Source of the DNA: Hormiphora californensis
Lineage: Eukaryota; Animalia; Ctenophora
Assembly: GCA_020137815.1 (NCBI GenBank)
Contig: CM035353.1
Span: forward strand, 7,502,001 to 7,566,000
DNA: 64,000 nucleotides
Direction of reading: 5' to 3'
A program made the position numbers and the translations under genes. Within the stretch, counting starts at the first letter, position 1; each line of letters starts with the position of its first letter. Below, in pieces: positions 54,166 to 64,000 of this stretch. The notes under the pieces were generated by a model. The model made no database searches. It was given only the letters and a program-made list of their open reading frames with translations, and was not told where the DNA came from.

Positions 54166-56377
54166 GTGGTAAAAGTATTGCGTATACTGATACAGTGTAA
54201 ACTGTTCGCCCTGGTTTTAAAACTTGTTTACCTGACTGTGAGGCCCGCCGTGATCTCTGGTCTTTCCTTTGGAAGGCTGCCTTTGCATTCTCCACCGCCT
54301 GTTAAGAGAGTTGTTTAGCTTGATATATATATGGAGTTGTAAATAGTGCAGTTGGGGCTTTGGAGTTATACAGATAGGTGCATATATATTTGAACTGCTC
54401 GCGTGTAAAGAGGTGTTTTGGGGAAAAGACTCCAACTAGTACATGCACGGATCATACTGATTTTATATGTGGATATATTAGAGAAAGAAACAAGAAAATG
54501 GTGGAATTATAAGATAGATCAAGAAGACAAAAGAGGGTGCAAATTGCACTGCAATAGATTGGGGGTGCAATAGTGCGATCATAGATTGAGAGAGAGACAA
54601 AATGCGAGATATATTGCAGATTTGTAGAGTGCAGATATATCATGACAAGTATAAGAACATCTTACTCGGGGTATACAGTGGCACACTCTTATACGTATAC
54701 TGTATGAAACACTGATCCTTGTATGCGGATTCTGACCTGTCCCCTGAGGGGTGGATTGTATAGACTATTTAGTAATCCAATATATGCTCTGTTGAATGAA
54801 TGATAGTTGTTTTGTCTGGTCATGTCGTCATGGAAGGTAATTGGTCATTGGCCAATGGTCAAGCGTCATTACTCCAGAATGTATTTGGCAGAGAGATAGT
54901 GTTGTCTAAGGTGCCAGTAAACAGGAGATATATATATATTTGAGGAGATACATTGAATGTGGGTGAGGTCAAAATATGCACCGCGTTGAAAGTGTGCTTT
55001 ATCATAAAGACGATTTATACCTACACTTTGTCTTTCTATGGAAGTCTATAAGATAATTTCCAGATTTAGTTAATGAACTGATTCTAAACACTGAATTAAA
55101 GGTGAAGTTGTGGCTTACTACATCTGTTATAAGTGGTGTATAGTTGTGTTGCTGGAATGGGCCCTCACTCTTATTTCCGTTATTTGACTGGGAGGTATAA
55201 CACTTGTTGAGTAGGGGGAATGAAAACGGAGAGAGAAACTCAGTTGCAGACCATTAATTATATCCCCTCTCGGCATCTCTCTCTCTAATAATACTGAGTA
55301 TAGGCAGGTAGGTACCCCACATAGTAATACTATACTGAGTTATATCCTATAACTAATCTATATTCAATGGGCTTTCTAGTATTTTATAATTCGGTGCTAA
55401 CTAAAGGATTACTCGTAATTATTAACCTAAATTGCTACCCAATTATAACGGCACATGGTTTGATACCTTCCCACACGAGACTTGATGTTTGTACTATTTG
55501 AATTGCTGTGTCACCACTTGGAACCCAGTGTGTGCTGCTTTTTTTGCAATAAATATATATAATATCAGTGACCATATGATCTAGTCGTGGCGTCTTTCTA
55601 AATGGGGGGTGGGGGTCATCTCCATGGTGCATAATTTACCCTTCTCCATACTTTGCAAACCAACTGGCCGAGTTAAACGATGCAAAATTACCGTTGGTCA
55701 TGGTGGATTGGAACAACTGACTAAAATAATTATACTAATTATACTAAGATAATTATACTAAATATCGTCCAACCGTGCGGGGATGCTTATTATTGAACGG
55801 CATAGTGACATACTTAGACAATGGATCACGTGCAGTTGAGTACTTTCTACCCCCACCCATCTAGACTTCATTTGAAAGGGACACAGACAACCAGACGTCT
55901 AACAAGGCTTCTTTTTAAAATTAAGTTTCCTAATTAAAATGCTAGGACCTCCCTCTTTTTAGTTGAGATTTGAAAATATTGCTGATATGTCGTTAGTTTG
56001 GTATGTTAGTACCCTTCTTCAAGTCCATCTAAGTCATTGCCATGTCCGACCACTATAATAGGTTTCCCATCAAAATTTGACTTTATGTGACGGGTGAATG
56101 AGATAGGTGGGGTGGGGGATTTCAAAGTTGACCTATCTATATAACCTGTGTTAAAAGTTATACCCGCTTACTTAGAGTAAATCCGGTACGAAAGTTTCGT
56201 TTATTCTCTGCATGTATCCCTTTTCAAATAAGAATAACGTTACCATTACAAAATATAATATCTCCCCATTGCACCCACATGGAACTGAGTGGATGAGATA
56301 CAGTGTGATATTATTCGCGTGGTGTGTATTTTCACTGCATTACTTTAGTGCCATTTCCTAAACAATGTTCAGCATTA

Positions 56378-56540
56378 CAGTGCTGCTTGTAGTCAAATTA
56401 CCGTAATGAAAATACAGTAAGGAGACGCGCACGGTGCATAACGCGCGGCAAAAAGTTCATGTGTCAGCACGTACTAGCGCCCTGATTGGTCACGGTTGCG
56501 CGTCGTCTTACTGTATCTTTCGTTTTCCATTACCGTTTTT
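56378..56540. mobile_element. Truncated MITE (family of 21356-21537)
   Basis: Reverse-complement match; flanked by 25-bp direct repeat. Confidence 0.75.
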
Positions 56541-57624
56541 ACTTTAGTGCCATTTCCTAAACAACTCATCATGCGAGTAGCTTCCTGACGCCGCGTCCTA
56601 CACCGTAATTCGCTCCCAGCCCTGCTATTTATTCTGGTGAACATTAACGACCGTTGTTAGTTGTTATAATCACGGAATAAAGATTCCATGTTGTTGCTGC
56701 AAAGGGTTCAGTCATTTGTTGAAGGCGGGACTTTCCATGCTGTCAATGACCAACTTGTGACAGGAATTAGAGAGAAGAGGGAGAGTGAGAGAGAGAGTGA
56801 GAGAGAATGAGGCAGAGTGAGAAAATGAGAGAGAAGGAAAGGAGGACAACCACCGTATACTAATATATTATAGGAGTGGCACCTCCTCCTTCTCTACTCC
56901 TTCTCTATCACTATGTAATGATCACAGACTGGTTCTCATTAGGTCCTATAGTGTCGTTAGTCTGTTAATGTGATCTCCTTAGCAGATGTCCCCTTTGTTT
57001 GCTACTACTCACGGAATAACTCAGTTCCTTTTTATTCTAGTTTTATTCGCGTTAATATTATATGCTCTAGCGCACCTAGGTGGTAACAATTGGGGGGGGG
57101 GGGGGGGTACTGAATCGGTAAAAATCCATGGAATCGTTTCTAACCCCCCCTAATATGCCGAACATATCGTATATAAGAAATGTTCGGCATATTAGGGGTT
57201 AGAAACGATTCCATGCGGTCAGGTATTATGGATCCCTGGCAAGCTTTAGGCTCCAAAATGACCGGGGGAGGGTAGCAAAAAACAAAGGGTGATTTTGGAG
57301 TAAAAAGAGAAAGTGAGATTCTGTGAGGTTGCCTCGGAGACCTATAAAATCAGCGTCAAATTATATTCTTTATATACACCACATATTTTGTTTATTACGG
57401 ACACGTTATATTACCTCGGGTGGCTCGTCAGTCAAGTCTGTAGGGTATGTCACCTTCAGTATACAAACACATGATATGATCAAGTCTCTGAGTGTCAGTA
57501 CTATCTTTCTCGCCTGTGTAACAGTCAGTGTTAGTGTTATAGTTGGTACCCATAGCAACCTGGTTGGTAACTATGGTAACTAAAACAAGCTGGTAACTAA
57601 AAAACAACTCCCTATTTAGTCATC

Positions 57625-58217
57625 ATGATGATCAAGACCCTGACCGTATGTACCATTCTCCTGGCTTGTGCCAGTGCAACTAAATACTGCGAGGTCTCTG
57701 GTGACTTCTACAATGTTCTAGTGTTAGGCGACGAGGAAAGGGTACGTGTTGGCTGGGGTGGGTACTTGTTGGGTTGGTGTGGGTACTTGTTATGCTGGGG
57801 TGGGGGTGGGTACTTGTTATGCTGGTGTGGGGCGGGTAAGTGTTAGGCTGGGTTGGGTACCCGGTACTTGTTTGGCTGGGTTGGGTACTTGTTATGGTGG
57901 GGGTGGAAAGGTTGGGGTGGGGGTATTTGGGAGAGGCTAAAAACATAGATTTAATGAGCCAGGGACCAATGTATGTAATAGGGCCACATCGGGCATTAGT
58001 CTACCTTGTTATATCCCTGGTACAATGAAAGACTTTGGGGAGCCAAAAAACCTGAATGAATTCGCATGACCTGGTGAGTATAGTGCTTTATTATACTGAC
58101 ACTTTTATCTATTTCCAGAAGATCTATTTGAACGCTGGGGAAATGATGTCCCGAACTAAAGCTGACATCGAGGCCAAGTGTGACGCCATGACTGTCGATG
58201 AATGTGCCTACATACAG
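57625..58217 (+). CDS. First two exons of a putative secreted protein (3' end not found)
   Basis: 57625-57741 MMIKTLTVCTILLACASATKYC...EER; 58119-58217 KIYLNAGEMM...KCDAMTVDECAYIQ; GT-AG, phase 0. Confidence 0.5.
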
Positions 58218-58532
58218 GTGAATGTTTAACACCCCCTTTTTTTTCTTTTTTTTTTGCACGTACACGTGGCTATTTCTCTATCCATGAGGCAGTCCGACTA
58301 TTGGATGCCGCCAAGCAAAGATAATAGCTCTCAATACGGTCCCTTGCTTGACCTCAGTGACTTTCACCGACACTTTAACACCCCCTTAACACCCCCCACT
58401 GAGGGGGGTCAGGGGAGGGGCTAAACATGGTGATGTGAGGAAGTTTAGTTTTTCCTTACTGATTATGTGTGGCTAATAAACAATCAACCGATCCTTATAT
58501 GCTGATATAGAGCGCTCTAAGAGTAGTGAATC

Positions 58533-59354
58533 GGGGGGTGCGACATGTTAATTTTGTTAACTTTGTTAATATTAACATCGAGAAAACAGGTGATTTATTA
58601 ACAAAATTAACAAAAAGTTAATAAACGTTAACAAATGCTATTTATGCTATCTAAATCACTTTAGCACGTGGTTTTGGTATTTAACACTTGTTCTGCGAGC
58701 TAAGTTGTTCCTTCTGCACGATTTAAATACTCCTACTACCTCTACTACAGCGATTTGTTCCATTGTGTAAATTTTAATAAAAACTGGCCAAACTAAACCG
58801 CAATTGAAGTCAAATGACCCTAATCCACATTTTCCAACCCTAAAAACTAAATAAGACTCATGAATTTACCTTAAAACGAAAAATATCCCAAAAATAAATT
58901 TTTCTAAAAAAACACAAGGATCTGTAGCGAAGCAAATTTTCAATCTTAATGACCAAAAAATTGATTTTGGAAAAATTATATTTCTTTTTCCAACAAAAAC
59001 GTTGTACATCATCTTCTTAAGTCCAAAGAATCGATTATCAATGAAAAAATTACGTTAAAGTGAGATTTTATACCCTAAATTGAAATATTTTTAACTTTTG
59101 GATTTTTATCGATTTTGAGCCAAAAAATATGTTTATCGGACTTTGGTTATCGGAAGAGGCCTTGTTAGGGTAAATATGTGTTAGATAAGTCATTAAAGTT
59201 TAAACTATAAAATTAAACCAGTTAAAGTCGTATTATCAACCAATAAGAACAGTCTTTTAGCATTTGTTAATTTTGTTAATTTTGTTAATTAACGTTAATT
59301 AACAAAATCGAAAAAAAGAGGTGATTTATTAACAATTAACATGTCGTCCCCCCC
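58533..59354. mobile_element. Non-autonomous TIR element with 8-bp TSD (Merlin- or MULE-like)
   Basis: GGGGGG..CGACATGTTAATT TIR, TGTTAA repeats, TSD AGTGAATC. Confidence 0.82.
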
Positions 59355-59951
59355 AGTGAATCATACTGAATACTAGGACCCGTGATTATTATTATAACAC
59401 AGTAGCTATAACACATCGTCTCTTCTCAGTACGACAAATACACCCGGGCCTATTGGATCCGACCCTCCAACGCCCCCCACCTATCATCCAACCGATATAT
59501 TGGCTACATCAGGGACGGTGACTGCTAAATATAATTGCGGAACGGGGGACCTGATATAACAAGCTTGTGTATTGCACGTTATGTAGCCCAACACGTTATA
59601 AGTTTAGCATGAGTTATAAAATATTGATAATTAGATTGTAGCTATATTCTTTGTGAAAAATAGCATGTTCTATATTCTTGATTATTTTACTCTAACTCCC
59701 CCTCGTTTCTCTTCTTCCTTGCCCACTCACCGCCGCATTGAATCTCATTGAAATTCAACATTTTACTATTTCTCAATGAAATAATGTGAACATTTACAAC
59801 GCCTGCACACGACCAACTATCTAGAGATGATCAATATTCCATTATTATACATCACATGTGCAGTACTGTATGCTCCACGACATGACAAAGTCTTAAACCC
59901 TCCCGGCCTGGCACACCACTCCCCCCTCCCATGTGTACCCTGCTCATTTAC

Positions 59952-61939
59952 CTGTTGTCGTGCTACTACCCCCGCCATTGAGGTCATGCTGGCAGCAGGG
60001 GCATGAGAGTTCCCTCCAGTTCTCTGTACCGTCATTCTGTTCTGCTGGAACAACTTGTGAATTACAATAGCTCCACCAACAACTATCACTACATAAGAGA
60101 TGTTCCCAGGAATCACAAACAGTAGTCTAGAAGGGAGAGAGATTGTTACTTTAACTAGGAGAGAGAGAACATGATGGATCAAAACAGGGAGAGAGATTGT
60201 TATTTTAACTATAGGAGAGAGATTGTTACTTTAACTAAGGGAGAGAGAGAACATGTGGGATCAAAATAGGGAGAGAGATTGTTACTTTAACTATAGGAAT
60301 GAGATAGTTACTTTAACTATAAGAGAGAGAACATGAGACATATAACTTACAGGCTGAACACTCTGGTAAGGTCCGTATCACCGTTTAGCACCTCGATAAC
60401 AAAGTAATCACAGGATCCTGATTTTGGCATGAAACACATCCACGTACCAAAAAAGAAGGGGAACAGTCCTGCAGTGAGAGTAGTTTGGAGGGAGGAGGGA
60501 TAATAGACCGTGGAGGGAGGAGGCATGAATGAGAGGTCAGGGGATACCAAATGTATAAGTGTAATCTTACTAAGATAACTTTAAACTTACCTACGGCTAT
60601 ACCGAGTATCCATGCAAATGAACTGAAGATCATTGGAATCACTTTCAGGTCGTTATTTACTTTCTGGTACCTGGTGAGCAGGAGAAACATTAATAGTCAA
60701 ACCCGTGCTGGTGAGCAGGAGGGATCCCTCCTGCGATCACCGGCGCGGGTTTGACTATTAATGTTATCGATAACATCAAAATATTAAATCTGGTGTTTAC
60801 AGTAATTGTACATTTTAGCCAATCGAGCCATGCAGTAAGTTAGATATCTCTATTGTTCTCCCCACTCTTACTTGTAAGGCCATAAAACTGCTACGACCCG
60901 GAGCGTAGTTGCTATTGCTAGTAGGATAGGAGCAGCGATGTATATAATATCCAACAACACTGCATACATCTGAAGAAAGGGGATAGTTGCAGGATATATA
61001 CTGCAGCTGATTCTAGCAAGTACCCATGAAGGGCCACTACCAACTACCTGATCCCAAACCCCTTGAAAACCCCAATAACCAGAGAGCGAGCTAGCTCAGT
61101 TAAAACAGGTAATACGGGAGGGACCCTGATTTGATTCTCATTAAGTCTGAGCACTTGACAGTGGACTCAGATGGGGTCTGCAGCGAAAGAGAGGGACGTG
61201 TTGTACCTGGCAGAAGATGATATCGAATCCGGGACTGTCTCCAAAGAGGCGGGACGATCTCCCACTGAGTATATTGCAGGACACCACCACCCCAACATAA
61301 CCTGGGGATGGGCCGGATATTACATAACCAGGATAGAAGGGAATAGGGGATATATTGGGGGGGGGGGGGTTTACGGAATAGGGGATCTCAGCTGTATAGC
61401 AGGGAGATGGGGGTATATTATGAGTTACCTTTATATGTCTAGATCAGTTGAAGGGGGGGGGTTAAAATATCGGTTGCATATTTTTTATAGGTTTGATATA
61501 TTGCTCCATCATTTTGTGGAGGGTGGTATTTTTCACACTAGTATACGAGGCTCATATACAAGTGTGACAAATTCTTGTTATGTTCTAACCCTCCCTTTAC
61601 ATTTGTAAAGGATTCGGGGGCGCGGCGCCCGAAACACAGTCTAACCTGGCAAACAAATTCATACTTGTTCTAAAAGCATGGCATACATTTTTACTTGTAT
61701 AATGCTGTTATACCTGATATCAGATCGTTGATAGCGACCTGGAACAGCACCAATGATGTCCCCTGGAGTTTCCTTGATGTCTTTGCAAAGGAGTATATAA
61801 CAAATGTGTTGAGGAATATGGTGGATACTGATATGGTGAGGAAGGCGATACCCAGCACGATATCCAGGGGTCTGATCCAGTGGTTATCATTCACTGTGAG
61901 ATTATACCCACAGCTGTATACCCCATTTGACAGGTTCAT
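59952..61939 (-). CDS. Class A GPCR-like gene, TM1-TM5 exons (TM6-7 not resolved)
   Basis: Spliced exons give MNLS...IFLNTFVI (TM1), VAINDLISG (TM2), FCQMYAV...TLRVVAVLWP (TM3), FAWILG (TM4), FMPKSGSC, LLFVIPG (TM5). Confidence 0.7.
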
Positions 61940-62998
61940 ATTGACCTGTGAAAAAGAGCTTGAGATACACATGACTGTCACATATAATCTGCCACACAAA
62001 ATAACAAGAAACAAAGCGTTTAACTTTCCAATCAAATATAACATGTCTCAATTTTGTCGGGATAACATATGAGGAACATTGAGACATTTTCCCAAGGGAA
62101 ATTTAATGAGTGACGAAAATTTGAGACAACCACGGCAGTTCATGCAAGAAAACAAAATCCATTGCAGTTAAGTGGTGATGTATGTGTGACATGTACAAGC
62201 TAAACAATGTCCCACACAATTACACATGTCATTTGGCGGCGTTGAGTGATTGCCAAGGTTACCTCAGCTATTATACTACTACATGTTTAAATGTTTATAT
62301 GCAGACCTCCTGATATGTCAAATTTACCTCAAATTTACACCGCTGGTATGGCTATAGGTCACTAAACCTTACAAAACGATTCCCTAAACCAACACCCTCC
62401 ATACCAATGCCGTGGTATGGAGGAGGATGTTGGTATGGAGGTATGGGTGCTGCCCCTGCACGTGCAAATTGGTGAGTGGACGTGTGTTCCTGCTGCAATT
62501 CAGTGACTGTGTAATCTCACAATCGCCAGCACAGGGAATGGTTATCTATAGATTCGGTACGATCGCCCATGTTTGATAATCAGAGTTTTTGTTATTCTCT
62601 CTGTGGCTGTTCAGCCACAGAGAGAATAACAAAAACTCTGATTATCAAACATGAGGCTAATAAACAGTTATCCGATCACCCAACTGTCTACGATCGCCCA
62701 TGTGTTCTATAATATTCATAACTAGCCCGGTAGTGACGAATCAGCATCATTAGAATATCGCTAACAGCTGAACATTGCAGTGATTTATCCTCTTATGGAC
62801 TATTGTAGCTGCTACATATATTGATTTTACCGCTAGATCGACAAAAAGAAAACAAACTCTACCATCGCTTACTTCTATACATATTGATATTGTCAATTGT
62901 GTTGATGAAAAATTAAAAAAACTCTACCAGTGCTTGCTTCTAATACATATTAATATTCTATTGATGAAACAGCTTTAATAATACTACACAATAGCAAC

Positions 62999-63148
62999 AC
63001 GTGGAGGGAGTGACCCCTTGTTGTGATCTCACGTGGATGAGAGTTTGGTCAGGCATAGAAGACTTAAAGTTGTTCACCTTTGTAACATACCCTGAGTCTT
63101 CTATGCCTGACCAAACTCTGATCACCACAAGGGTCACTCCCTCCACAT
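62999..63148. repeat. ~150-bp imperfect palindrome (MITE-like)
   Basis: GTGGAGGGAGTGACCC...GGGTCACTCCCTCCAC. Confidence 0.75.
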
Positions 63149-63792
63149 GTCTCCACTGCACGGAGGGTGCCATCAGCCCTACACAGCTGATCCGGGCAAT
63201 AGTAACACCACTGTATACTACTACTATTGATTACTACAACGCACTACACGCCGTAATATAGCGATTGCAGTTATAGTATGGGTGAAGCACACCGTATTCG
63301 ATCTATTGTATTGGTGCCCCATATAATAATGCAGGTATATCGGTAAAAGTGATCGGTAATTTGATGAATTACCAAGAAACAGGAGATTAATTCCCCGAAA
63401 TGTATGATTGACTGGGAAATTTTTGACATATATATGTAATTAAACTTCTCTGGAGGTGAAATGCTTATTTGTAAATTAATTGGGGCCGCGTATTGCGAGG
63501 ACATAAATATTACAAATCAGAAAAAATGAATTGGAATTACAAAAAGCCACCATTTGCATTGATTTTTATTGTATTTGTAAATTGGGGTATAAAAATACAG
63601 TTTTTGTGTGAAGACAATACGATATCTACAAGGCCTGAAAAACGATATCTACAAGGCCTGAAAAACTAGTTAGTTAGACATTGTCGTTGACCGATGTGAC
63701 GATGTCCACGTTAGACTAACTTCTGGTAGGACAGTAGCTACAAGAGTAATATGTAATAGTCACGACTGCAGCTGCAGCAAGTGAGCAACTTT

Positions 63793-63932
63793 CAATCGGA
63801 CCCCGATTTACCAGAACCCCGATTTACCGGGAGGCTAAACTTTTCTCGATATAGGAAATAAACAGTGTTTGACCCCGGTGTACCGGGCAAAACCTTTTTC
63901 CCGAGCATCCCGGTAAATCGAGTTCCGACTGC
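63793..63932. mobile_element. pogo/Tc1-type MITE
   Basis: TCGGACCCCGATTTACC...GGTAAATCGAGTTCCGACTG, family of 47172. Confidence 0.72.
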
Positions 63933-64000
63933 ACTTCTCGGATCACAATACGGCTCAACAACACATTTCATCAACAGTTTACAAATATATCCCGAGTCAT

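Overview
Eukaryotic (animal) genomic DNA. It is probably a pleurobrachiid ctenophore: I recall two interspersed repeats here (conceptual translations PIRTRYLGHVTGYQPIRDQY and TVGPRFTG...PGKSGSDC) from Pleurobrachia gene models, but this is not verified. Bases 0.7-18.8 kb hold a cluster of 10 intronless histone genes in divergent pairs (H4/H1, H2B/H2A, H4/H3, H2B/H2A, H3/H4) with stem-loop plus downstream-element 3' ends. The rest holds spliced genes that I reconstructed by hand (a Myb/SANT protein, two class A GPCRs, an NTR/TIMP-domain protein, small membrane or secreted proteins), a 270-aa orphan ORF, and many nested non-autonomous DNA transposons. The strongest novelty candidates are: (1) a sequence-unrelated but geometry-conserved extra hairpin about 5 nt upstream of the histone stem-loop in all five histone classes; (2) a retroposed 1.47-kb insert with a 50-bp hairpin containing 23 G-U wobbles and no mismatch; (3) three families of asymmetric TSD-less elements with covarying terminal boxes, one of which splits an H4 TATA box; (4) a 46-bp satellite that multiplies a GPCR splice acceptor about 34 times; (5) re-use of the H2A/H2B promoter by the H4/H1 pair. 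All alignments and splicing were done by eye, so repeat boundaries are approximate.
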